Part shown: positions 19,868 to 29,789 of the stretch, one piece after another
Layout of the letters: each line of letters opens with the position of its first letter
Numbering within the stretch: the stretch's first letter is position 1
From: Piromyces finnis finn
Taxonomy: Eukaryota > Fungi > Neocallimastigomycota
Assembly (NCBI GenBank): GCA_002104945.1
Contig: MCFH01000123.1
Location: 1 to 36,111, forward strand
DNA length: 36,111 bases
Direction of reading: 5' to 3'
Made by a program: the position numbers and the translations under genes
The notes under the pieces: generated by a model
Seen by the model: only the letters and a program-made list of their open reading frames with translations
The model's database searches: none
What the model was told of the DNA's origin: nothing

Positions 19868-22800
19868 AAATTGTTTGTCTAATGAAATTATTTTTAAGAC
19901 CATATTTTAAAAATTCTAGTGGTGGCAATTTTCGAGATCAACTTAATACCATTATTGATAAGTGATATGTCTTGGTAATTATCATAATCTGTCAAGTCTT
20001 CCTTCTTAGGAATAGAAAAAATATTGGATTCATAAATTATTCATAAATTATCCATCCCAAATACGGTTGAATAAAATTTAAACCATTAGTATCGATATCT
20101 GAAGTGACATTATCAGAAGAATTATTATTTGTAACATTATTAGAATCATTATTTGAAGAAATTTATACCTTGTAAAAATTAATTGGAACACCATCCAAAC
20201 CCGATGCTTTATAATTAGGAGTAGGGAGGATAGCTGACTTGACTTTATTAATACTAATATCTTGGTTGATATCCCATTTATCAAACAAAGGGAGTGAAAA
20301 ACGCTTATTTATTGATTCTTCATACCAATGCTCCAAATCAAGACTTTCACCACTTGGATCAGATGCAAGATTTTCGAAATAGTCATGCTAAACCTCTAGT
20401 TGTTCTTTCGTAACAACTAAATCTCCACTTTTATTTTTAGTTGGTTGAGCAGTTAAGAAAGTATCTTTTCCAAATTTTGCAGTTTTCTTGATCTATTTCC
20501 AGGCCTTCTTTGGATTATGCCTTTTCATATACTCACATCCTTTTTTAATCCAATTAAGTTCCTATAATTATTACATCTTTTGTGAATGTAATTGATGAGC
20601 TTACGGTAGATTTTAATCCTTTTAATAAATTCTTCTATACCATAAACTCTTTCTTTTTTAAATCTCCTATACAGCTTCATTTTGATTTTTTGGAGATTAA
20701 AAATTTGTTGTGAAATATGAAATGAAGATTTTATAACATTATTTTATAAAATAATACTGAGCTCATCTGCAATTGAAAAAGCAGATAAAGTAAACTCATT
20801 GGAAAGTTCATCTATAGAAACATTAGGATCGTTGAGTTTTGCTGAAAGTATTTGGAATTTATTATGACTGAGAATAGATTCCTTTTCCTTAAAACATTTT
20901 AATCTATTCCATTTCAGAATTTTCATAGAAACATTAAAGTCATTAGAAAAATCATCCATAGGAATAATTTTATAATTAATAAGGAGTGGCTTATGATCTT
21001 ATACAGGATAAAAATCATCTATAAATGATCCTGAGTGAATAAGATCTTTCATCTTCGAATTGACATGAGCATAATCAATGTCGGGTGATTGATTACTTCG
21101 AGTCCAAGAGATAGAAGAATCTTTAAGTGGAAGTACTTCCCAATCTCCTAATTCATTAGATGATAACCAGTTGGATAATTTTACTTTAGACATATTAAAA
21201 TCACCAACAAGAATCAATGGATAATATGAATGAAATTGCAACCACAAGCGTACTTCTAACTTTGTATGATCAACATAGATGTAGTAATGACAATGAGGCA
21301 TATAAAAATATCCAATCGAGCATTTGAATCTATTCCAAAGGCTAAAAGTATAAATAGAAATAACATACTTTCCTGTGTAGTTTTCAAGTGAGGCTTGTCA
21401 CGAATTGTAAATACCTAAATATAAACTTCTCATGCTGGCCACTGATTCATCAGCTTTCTTGAACATGTGTCTATGGTTTCGTAAAGTAACACGACAAGAA
21501 TACTCTGTATTCGATCCATAACCATTATCAGTTTCTTGAAAACATAAAAACAATAGTTTGAAAATAGTTTTGAAATAACTAATATTATATCTTTTTTCGT
21601 GATTCCACCCATTGGTATTCTAACTAAGACAAAACAAAAAGTTATTAGGCTTGTTGGATGAGAAAGAATTGTTGCTATTATTATTATTATAGTCATCATT
21701 ATTAATGGATGATGCAACAGAGGAATTAGTTGAACTATTATTAGATGGCTGTGTAACTGAAGAACTATCAACTATTGAACTGTTATCGGAGTTGATTGAA
21801 CTATCAGAAATAACTGTTGAATGTTGAGGCTGAAACTATGTTTGTTATAGTTCTGGAATATATTCATGTTGAAAATCCTGTTGAAGATCTTGTTGAAGTT
21901 GGATTTGATTAGATTGATGATATGAATATTAACAAGATTGATGAATTGACTGTTGAATTGTTTGTTGATGTTCATTAAAAACTAAAAATTTATGTTTGAG
22001 TGAAGAAAAAAATGCATTTGTAATTCCTTCTACTACGAGCTGAAAAGGAAATTGAAGCAATGGAAAGTTTCTTTCTTAAGATGTGTAAGATTTTATTCCA
22101 GTCTTTCGTTGAACCATGAACCTTGACTAAAAAAAGGGATCATTGAAATTCTTATATTGATATTTATTCCATACTTGAATAATATTTTTAGAATTTCTTT
22201 ATTTCTAAGTCAAAAAAGCTATATGTAATTAAGTTATTGTTTCATTTTTATTCACACTGACGATTTTTAAATATTTCATTGCATATATTAAAATATATTA
22301 AAATTGAGAATAGAATTGGATTTATGTTTTGTTTTGCTTTTTTTTTTTTTTTTTTTTTTTTTACTAATATTAATTTAAAATCTCGCTTTAATACTTCCTA
22401 TTATATTTTTATAATAAAACCATTATCCTATTTAAAATATTTCACAAATTCATAATCTCTTTCACATTCATAATTTTCAAATAGTTCTTTCAATATGCTT
22501 TTCAATATTATTTTTTCCTTTTGAATTAATAAACAGTTTAATAACTTTAAATCTTAAGAATTAAAATATCTCTATTTATACAAATCATATATATTTAGAC
22601 TGTATTACTATTGTATATTTTTCATTTTTATAATAATCATTGTTCATTTCTATCTATCTATATATTATGTTTTATAACATGAGTTATATTAATATTATCA
22701 TTTCATAATAAAATTGAAAAAAATAAAATGATATTTATCCCATTTATATTTATATAAAAAGACCATTTTTACAATGTTCAAATTCTTTTCTTAACAAAAA

Positions 22801-23479
22801 AAAAAAAAAAAAATGAAAATTTATTTATAATTAAATTTTATAAAACATTATTCCACCAATCATATTTTAATAAAAATATTTTTTCAATGGATGTAAGTAA
22901 CATCTAATAACTTTCTTTTTTATTATTATTGTTATTACATTTTATATTTTAATGTTTATATTTTTTAACTTTAATGGTTTAATTTTAATTATCATACTTT
23001 TACAATACTTTATTGTATTGTTTTATTGTTATTTGACTTTTCATTTTTATTATAAAAAATATCAAATTAAAAAAAAAAAATATATATATATATATAATAA
23101 AATAAATTCCATCGGATTTATTTCCGCATTTAAGATGTCCATTTTATCTTTAGTTATCAGAGAATTTTAAAATTAATGGAAGCTACTTCAATAACTTTTA
23201 AAAACTAAATATAATATAAAATAAAAATAGATTACTTTTCATTCTAATTCTATTATTATCATAATTATTTTATATTAGCTGATAATTTATAAATTTAATA
23301 TTCATGATATTCCTGTAATACATGATTAGTTGGACTTAATTATTGAATATGATTGTTTTAATCCATACTAATTGACTGCGATTTATCCACTTGTTAGTGG
23401 TCCATTATTAACTATGAGAGCTTAGGGAATGACTCAAAATTAAGATATATATGAATAATTAATTCATAGAATTAGATAT

Positions 23480-24083
23480 TGTAAAGATATCAAACGCCTC
23501 TGTTTGATATCTTTAATGTAACTTAAGCCACAAGTATTATTGTTTAAGTTACACAAATTATATTCAGAAAAAGAAAATGAGACATAATTTATTTATTAAT
23601 AATTAAAGTTTAAAACAAAATAAATTATTAATTTATTTTTAATGTTTAACAAGTAAATTAATATTCTCAATTTAAATCCCTAGTTTTAGTATTGTTTTTT
23701 TATAGAAATAGATAAATAATAAATGATTAATATATCAATAATACATGGGCACATATTCAAATTAAATGGTACTTAATTTGAATTGCCAATTGTATTTTAC
23801 TAAAAATAGTTATAGTTTAAATATTTATTAATAATTAAGATTTTAGTGTAGATTTTAAATAATAATATATAAGAAATAAATAGTTATAATATAATATAAA
23901 TGTATTTAGGAAAAATATAAATAGAAGATATTTTTCATCATTTTATCGATGTAATTGTTATTATTAAAATTCTATTATAATAAAAGATATTTTTAATAAA
24001 ACAATTTTTTATTTTTATTTTAAATTTAGTGTTATTGTAATAGAATAGATATCCTAATCTATTCTTTCTGTGTCGACTTTACA
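23480..24083 (+). mobile_element. LTR 1 (604 bp)
   Basis: TG...CA ends with a 7-bp inverted repeat TGTAAAG...CTTTACA; similarity to the other LTRs stops at or within 2 nt of the TG on the left. Confidence 0.93.
23916..23923 (+). promoter_or_regulatory. Candidate LTR TATA box (TATAAATA), starting 35 nt upstream of the inferred transcription start 23951
   Basis: Sequence match plus spacing to the self-primer 11-mer; AT-rich context weakens it as stand-alone evidence. Confidence 0.5.
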
Positions 24084-24094
24084 ATAACAATTAC
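24084..24094 (+). other. Self-priming primer-binding site ATAACAATTAC (also 29790-29800 and 35495-35505)
   Basis: Exact reverse complement of GTAATTGTTAT at 23951-23961 inside the LTR (12 nt including the LTR terminal A). No TGG tRNA-type PBS. Confidence 0.85.
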
Positions 24095-24159
24095 CCAACG
24101 AAGATAGAGAATACGTTAGGGTATCTACCGCCGGGTACAAAAAGCAAGAAAGAACTTTA

Positions 24160-24372
24160 ACTACTGGTTAGAATTGGAAACTACCGCCGAATAAGAAGAA
24201 AGAAGAAATTTTGACTACTGGTTAGAATTGGAAACTACCGCCGAATAAGAAGAAAGAAGAAATTTTGACTACTGGTTAGAATTGGAAACTACCGCCGAAT
24301 AAGAAGAAAGAAGAAATTTTGACTACTGGTTAGAATTAGAAACTACCACCGAGTGCAAGAAGAAAGAAGAAT
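24160..24372 (+). repeat. 54-bp tandem repeat in the 5' leader (3 perfect units, 1 diverged unit, plus a degenerate partial unit from ~24125); repeated at 29866 and 35571
   Basis: Unit ACTACTGGTTAGAATTGGAAACTACCGCCGAATAAGAAGAAAGAAGAAATTTTG starts at 24160, 24214, 24268 and 24322. Confidence 0.95.
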
Positions 24373-24556
24373 TAACCAATAGTAATTAGTAATACAAAAC
24401 TTGTTCGACACTGCTTTGCAGAACGCGTTTGAATAACTTTTGTATTAGGATAAATTGTAGTAGTGTAATTAAAAAAAAAAAAAAAAAAAAATTTAAGATT
24501 ACTTGAAATAGTAGTAAGAAACCATTTTAATTTTATATTATATATTATATTTTGAA

Positions 24557-27500
24557 TTGGAGGATTTAATTAGTGAGTTTGAAAATTTAAATTTAGAAAT
24601 GGGTGATAGGAATGTGGGTGTTTCCGGGAACTCGGGGAACATTATTAATGCTCCACCGACATTTTCTGGTAAACAAAGAGAATTGGATGGATTTTTAACT
24701 AGAGTGGAGTTGGTATTTCGTACTCGACCGACACTGTATAATACAGATCGAGTCAAGGTCGACTTCGTTATATCATACTTTTCTGGTAAACCTTTGGAAT
24801 GGGCTTCAGTGTTGATGAAGAATAATAGTGAGGTTTTAAACCATTATGATGAATTTGTAGATAGGTTGAAGGCTAACTTTGGCAGTTATAGATACGATAC
24901 CGTTGTAGCTAACGGAAAATTAGATAATCTTCGCCAAAGGAAACTTGGTCAGGTATTAGATTACATTACCGAGTTTCAACGTATTAGCCAAAATTCAAGC
25001 TTTAATGATAGCGCAAAAATCTACATGTTTCTGAAAGGTTTATTACCACCACTTAGGGAGAAGTTGGCTTTCATTGAATCAAACCCAACTTCAATTGAAC
25101 AATTGATTTCTTCAACTAAAATAGTTGAAGATATGATGAAAAGGAATTCTTTAAGTGAATTTTATTTTAATGGTAGAAGGGCTAATGATCCTATGGATGT
25201 GGATGTATTTAAAATTAGTAGAGAGAATAAACGAAAAAGGTATGTGAATATTCAAGGATCAAGTAAAAATTACAATGAAAACATAGATAACTTTGAAAAA
25301 GAAAAGAAAAAAGGGTTATGTTTTCTTTGTAAACAACCGGGACATTTAAAATTTAATTGTCCTAATAGAGTAAAGCCCAGAAAAGTGTTAAGAATTGTTA
25401 AAGAAAGGACTCCAAAAATTGTTAATCCAAAAATTTACAAAGTTGGAGTCAAGGGAGTGAAAAGTGATTTAAACCTTGTGGACTTTTACTTGAGTACCAA
25501 TGAAGTTTCGGAAGTTAAAATTAAGGTTTTAATTGATTCCGGTTCTGAATTAAATTTCATTAATCCAAGTCTTGCTGAAGAACTTGGTATTAATTTGGAA
25601 AAAGTAGAACCATTCCGTGTTTCAGGTGTTAGTGATGGAGTTGTTAGTGTTTGGGAAAGGACTGAGAAGTGCATGCTCCGTTGCAAAAATCACTTCGAAG
25701 TAATTCAACTTTATGGATTACAAGTCCCCGGTGTTGATGTTATTCTTGGTTTGCCGTGGATAAAGAAGCATGATCCAAATGCTTTCTACGACTCTAAGAA
25801 AATCGCTTTTAGTTCTGGTTATTGTGCCAGACATTGTAATAAAGGCAAAAGAAAGAGAAAACCAAGAAAGAAGTCAAAGAATGATCAGTTAGATCATGAT
25901 GTTCTCGACCGAAGCTTGACCAAAAAGCCGAAAGTAGATCCCTCTGTCCCAAAAAATGAAGAAAAAGAATATGTTAAAGGCCGCCTTGTTAGAACCATCA
26001 ATGATGAAGATGATAGCGATGATGAATATATTAGTTTTAATAAAAAAGTTAAATGTATTGTAACAAAAATTAATGAAACATGTAATAATGATAACGAATC
26101 ATGTAGTAATAATAATAATAATGGAAAAGATATTAATAAAGATAAATTGGTCGCCGTACCAACCCAATATTTAGAATTTAGTGAAGTGTTTAATGAAAAA
26201 AATTGTGAAGTGTTACCTCCTCATAGACCTTATGATTGTGAAATCAAACTTAAAGATGATTCGACTTTATTTTATGGACCTTTGTATCCATTAACTGAAG
26301 TTGAAAGAGAGGAACTTAAAAAATATATTGATGATAATTTAAATAAAGGTTTTATTAGGAAATCATCGTCTCCTGCTGGTGCCCCAATTTTATTTGTTAA
26401 AAAGAAGGATGGCTCCCTAAGACTTTGTATCGATTATAGAAAGTTGAATGATATTACCATTCGTAATTCATATCCTTTACCTTTAATTAGTGACCTTTTG
26501 GATAGGGTGAAAAATGCTAAGATTTTTACTAAATTAGACCTTAAATCCGCTTATAATCTTGTTCGTATTAAAGAAGGTGACGAATACAAAACGGCTTTTC
26601 GTACTAGATATGGACATTTTGAATATCTGGTTATGCCTTTTGGATTAAAGAATGCACCTGCAACTTTTCAACACTTCATTAACGATGTCCTTAGTGACTG
26701 TTTAGACGATTTTGTTATCTCATATATTGATGATATTCTTATTTATTCTAATAATATCGAAGAACATCATGAGCATGTTAAAAAGGTACTTAAGAAACTA
26801 CTTGAAAATAATCTTTATGTTAAATTAGAAAAATGTGAGTTTGATGTTGAGAAAACCACTTTTCTTGGTTATGTCATTTCAAAGGATGGATTGCAAATGG
26901 ATGAAAATAAAGTTAAAGCAATTCTCGATTGGCCGGTTCCCAAGAATGTTAAAGAGGTTCAGTCTTTTATTGGTTTATGCAACTATTACAGAATTTTTAT
27001 TAAAGACTTTGCTAAAATTGCAAACCCTCTTCACAAACTCACTAGAAAGAATGTTGCTTTTAACTGGGTGAAAGAAGATCAGGACGCTTTTATTTTATTA
27101 AAATCTCTGTTCACGTCAGCTCCTATTCTGAAACATGCGGATAGTAATAAACAATTTATTGTAGAAACTGATGCTAGTAATTATGCTGTCGGTGCTATTC
27201 TCTCTCAAGAATTTGATGGCAAATTACATCCTATTGCATTTCTTTCTAAAAGTTTGACGAGTTGTCAAAGAAACTATCCTATATATGACAAGGAACTTTT
27301 AGCTATTGTAGTTGCTCTTGAAGAATGGCGTCATTATTTAGAAGGTGCACGCCATCCGTTCATAATTTATACTGATCACAAGAATTTAACATTTCCTAGA
27401 AAACCTGAAATGTTATCTCAGAGACAAATTAGATGGAATTTGTTCTTATCCAGATTTGATTTTAAACTCATTTATAGAGCTGGAAAGAAATCCGGTAAGC

Positions 27501-29149
27501 CTGATATCCTGTCTCGTAGAAGTGACCATGTAGAGAATAATATTAATTCTGATGTTTCTTGTCTTACTATTTCGTTTCATCATAGCGATAACAAACCGTT
27601 AATCGATTCTATTTTATTAGAACTTAAAAATGACGATTTGTATAATTCTATTGTCCAATTTAAAATGAATGGTTCTGCATGTAATGCACCTATTAAAAAT
27701 ATTGATAAAGTTATTATTGATAATGAAGGATTTTTGTTATATAATAATCTTATTTATGTTCCTAAATCTCTTAGGACAAGAGTTTTGGAACTTCATCATG
27801 ATTCTGTTGCTGCTGGTCATTTCGGTATTAAGAAAACCACTGAACTGATTTCCAGAAACTTTTGGTGGCCAAGGTTTCATTCAGATGTTAAATCTTTTAT
27901 CAAATCTTGCGTGACTTGTTGCAAATCCAAAGTCCCCAGACATAAGCCTTATGGATTGTTATCCCCTTTGGACACTCCCAGTAGGCCCTGGTCTGATATT
28001 TCTATTGATTTTATTGTTGATCTTCCTAAGTCCAGAGATATGACAACTCTCATGGTTGTTGTCGATAGATTTACTAAATTTGCTCACGCCATTCCTTTAC
28101 GTTGTCTTCCTACTGCTTCGATTGCTGCTGATGCTTTTATTGCTAATGTCTTCCGTTTGCATGGTCTTCCTGATTCCATCATTTCTGATAGAGGCTCGCA
28201 ATTTACTTCTGACTTTTGGTCAAGACTTTGTGACCTTCTTAATATCAATCATTCATTATCAACTGCCAACCATCCGCAGACAGATGGTCAAACGGAGAGG
28301 GTGAACGGCATATTAGAACAATATTTCCGTTGTTTTATAAATAAAAAGCAGAATAACTGGGTTGATCTTATCCCATTTGCTGAATTTGCATATAATAATA
28401 CTTTACAACAATCTATAAATCAATCTCCATTCTTTGCTAATTATGGTTTTCATCCAAAGTTCAGCTTAGAAATTCCAGCTAATGATAGACCTAGTAGAGC
28501 TGAACAAAGAGTAATTGATATGAATGAAAACTTTAAATTATTAAAAGAAAACTTAGAAAAAGCAAAAGAAACATATAAGAAATATGCCGATATGAAGAGA
28601 ATGATTCCCCCGGAGTTCGAAGTGGGAAAGAAGGTATGGTTATTGAAAGATTCTCCTGGAACTAACCTAAAGAGAAAATTAGCACCTCAAATGCTTGGCC
28701 CATTTGAGATAATTGGAAAAGTTAGTTCTCTCGCTTTCAAATTGAAACTTCCAAAGACAATGAGATGTCATCCAGTCTTTCATGTTTCATTGTTAGAACC
28801 ATACTTTGAAAACAAGTTTAACGACAGGTCTAATCGTAGGAAGAGGAACATTCACCTTAACACAGATTTAATTGAAAAAATTCCAGAGAAAATTGAAAAG
28901 ATGAAATCTGTTAATGGTGAAACATTTTATAAGTTATCATGGAAAGGATTTGACAAATCCACTTGGATTTCTGAAGATCAGATTCCAGATAAACAATTAA
29001 TACAAGAGTTTGAAAGAAACTCTAAAAAGTCAAAATATAAGTCGAAAGACTCCTCCATGAAAATTAGAAAGAATAAAGTTGGTAATCTAATCAAGCACAG
29101 ATACCAACCATTTGTAATTGAAATTCCTTCGAGAAAAGATTCCTTATAA
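24557..29149 (+). CDS. Single-ORF Gag-Pol polyprotein, copy 1: capsid, CCHC, protease, RT, RNase H, integrase, chromodomain (ORF track start is TTG; first in-frame ATG is 24599)
   Basis: PPTFSG...PLEWA capsid; PMDVD; CFLCKQPGHLKFNC; LIDSGS; YIDD; VETDAS; HHDSVAAGH...CVTC; DFIVD/SDRG/QTERVN; GPF motif; YKLSWKGFDKSTWISE chromodomain. PR-RT-RH-IN order. Confidence 0.97.
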   Translation: MEDLISEFENLNLEMGDRNVGVSGNSGNIINAPPTFSGKQRELDGFLTRVELVFRTRPTLYNTDRVKVDFVISYFSGKPLEWASVLMKNNSEVLNHYDEFVDRLKANFGSYRYDTVVANGKLDNLRQRKLGQVLDYITEFQRISQNSSFNDSAKIYMFLKGLLPPLREKLAFIESNPTSIEQLISSTKIVEDMMKRNSLSEFYFNGRRANDPMDVDVFKISRENKRKRYVNIQGSSKNYNENIDNFEKEKKKGLCFLCKQPGHLKFNCPNRVKPRKVLRIVKERTPKIVNPKIYKVGVKGVKSDLNLVDFYLSTNEVSEVKIKVLIDSGSELNFINPSLAEELGINLEKVEPFRVSGVSDGVVSVWERTEKCMLRCKNHFEVIQLYGLQVPGVDVILGLPWIKKHDPNAFYDSKKIAFSSGYCARHCNKGKRKRKPRKKSKNDQLDHDVLDRSLTKKPKVDPSVPKNEEKEYVKGRLVRTINDEDDSDDEYISFNKKVKCIVTKINETCNNDNESCSNNNNNGKDINKDKLVAVPTQYLEFSEVFNEKNCEVLPPHRPYDCEIKLKDDSTLFYGPLYPLTEVEREELKKYIDDNLNKGFIRKSSSPAGAPILFVKKKDGSLRLCIDYRKLNDITIRNSYPLPLISDLLDRVKNAKIFTKLDLKSAYNLVRIKEGDEYKTAFRTRYGHFEYLVMPFGLKNAPATFQHFINDVLSDCLDDFVISYIDDILIYSNNIEEHHEHVKKVLKKLLENNLYVKLEKCEFDVEKTTFLGYVISKDGLQMDENKVKAILDWPVPKNVKEVQSFIGLCNYYRIFIKDFAKIANPLHKLTRKNVAFNWVKEDQDAFILLKSLFTSAPILKHADSNKQFIVETDASNYAVGAILSQEFDGKLHPIAFLSKSLTSCQRNYPIYDKELLAIVVALEEWRHYLEGARHPFIIYTDHKNLTFPRKPEMLSQRQIRWNLFLSRFDFKLIYRAGKKSGKPDILSRRSDHVENNINSDVSCLTISFHHSDNKPLIDSILLELKNDDLYNSIVQFKMNGSACNAPIKNIDKVIIDNEGFLLYNNLIYVPKSLRTRVLELHHDSVAAGHFGIKKTTELISRNFWWPRFHSDVKSFIKSCVTCCKSKVPRHKPYGLLSPLDTPSRPWSDISIDFIVDLPKSRDMTTLMVVVDRFTKFAHAIPLRCLPTASIAADAFIANVFRLHGLPDSIISDRGSQFTSDFWSRLCDLLNINHSLSTANHPQTDGQTERVNGILEQYFRCFINKKQNNWVDLIPFAEFAYNNTLQQSINQSPFFANYGFHPKFSLEIPANDRPSRAEQRVIDMNENFKLLKENLEKAKETYKKYADMKRMIPPEFEVGKKVWLLKDSPGTNLKRKLAPQMLGPFEIIGKVSSLAFKLKLPKTMRCHPVFHVSLLEPYFENKFNDRSNRRKRNIHLNTDLIEKIPEKIEKMKSVNGETFYKLSWKGFDKSTWISEDQIPDKQLIQEFERNSKKSKYKSKDSSMKIRKNKVGNLIKHRYQPFVIEIPSRKDSL

Positions 29150-29173
29150 ATTAATCTCGCAGGAGCTCGACTT

Positions 29174-29184
29174 AGAGAGAGAGA
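29174..29184 (+). other. Polypurine tract AGAGAGAGAGA (also 34879-34889)
   Basis: Purine run 1 nt upstream of the LTR TG. Confidence 0.85.
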
Positions 29185-29185
29185 T

Positions 29186-29789
29186 TGTAAAGATATCAAA
29201 CGCCTCTGTTTGATATCTTTAATGTAACTTAAGCCACAAGTATTATTGTTTAAGTTACACAAATTATATTCAGAAAAAGAAAATGAGACATAATTTATTT
29301 ATTAATAATTAAAGTTTAAAACAAAATAAATTATTAATTTATTTTTAATGTTTAACAAGTAAATTAATATTCTCAATTTAAATCCCTAGTTTTAGTATTG
29401 TTTTTTTATAGAAATAGATAAATAATAAATGATTAATATATCAATAATACATGGGCACATATTCAAATTAAATGGTACTTAATTTGAATTGCCAATTGTA
29501 TTTTACTAAAAATAGTTATAGTTTAAATATTTATTAATAATTAAGATTTTAGTGTAGATTTTAAATAATAATATATAAGAAATAAATAGTTATAATATAA
29601 TATAAATGTATTTAGGAAAAATATAAATAGAAGATATTTTTCATCATTTTATCGATGTAATTGTTATTATTAAAATTCTATTATAATAAAAGATATTTTT
29701 AATAAAACAATTTTTTATTTTTATTTTAAATTTAGTGTTATTGTAATAGAATAGATATCCTAATCTATTCTTTCTGTGTCGACTTTACA
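29186..29789 (+). mobile_element. LTR 2 (604 bp), shared between units 1 and 2
   Basis: Preceded by a PPT and followed by the PBS; matches LTR 1. Confidence 0.95.

Larger units (their letters stand above)
19220..21980 (-). mobile_element. Degenerate non-LTR retrotransposon (LINE): Q/S/N-rich linker, APE endonuclease and N-terminal RT; interrupted by the 19283-19855 insertion and truncated near 19220
   Basis: APE motifs S*NTNG (21620s), LCFQET (~21530), LVGDFN (~21194-21211), S.IDY-like PDIDY, *DH (~20993-21001). RT motifs NYKASGLDGVPINFYK, IPKKEDLTDYDNYQDISLINNGIKLISKI, QFRFRK|REESVSLFISI. Many stops and frameshifts. Possible further ORF1-like sequence to ~22140. Confidence 0.9.

Noticed and set aside
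21973-21977. TAATG stop-start overlap between LINE ORF1 and ORF2
   Set aside because: The frame that continues into the endonuclease is a different, Gln-rich frame, so the ATG appears coincidental.
22952-23470. ORF 22952..23170 and the slightly GC-richer stretch left of LTR 1
   Set aside because: Low-complexity ORF; no coding or repeat signature recognised in the flank.
24160-24372. CRISPR-like array
   Set aside because: Units are contiguous with no unique spacers, in a eukaryotic retrotransposon leader.
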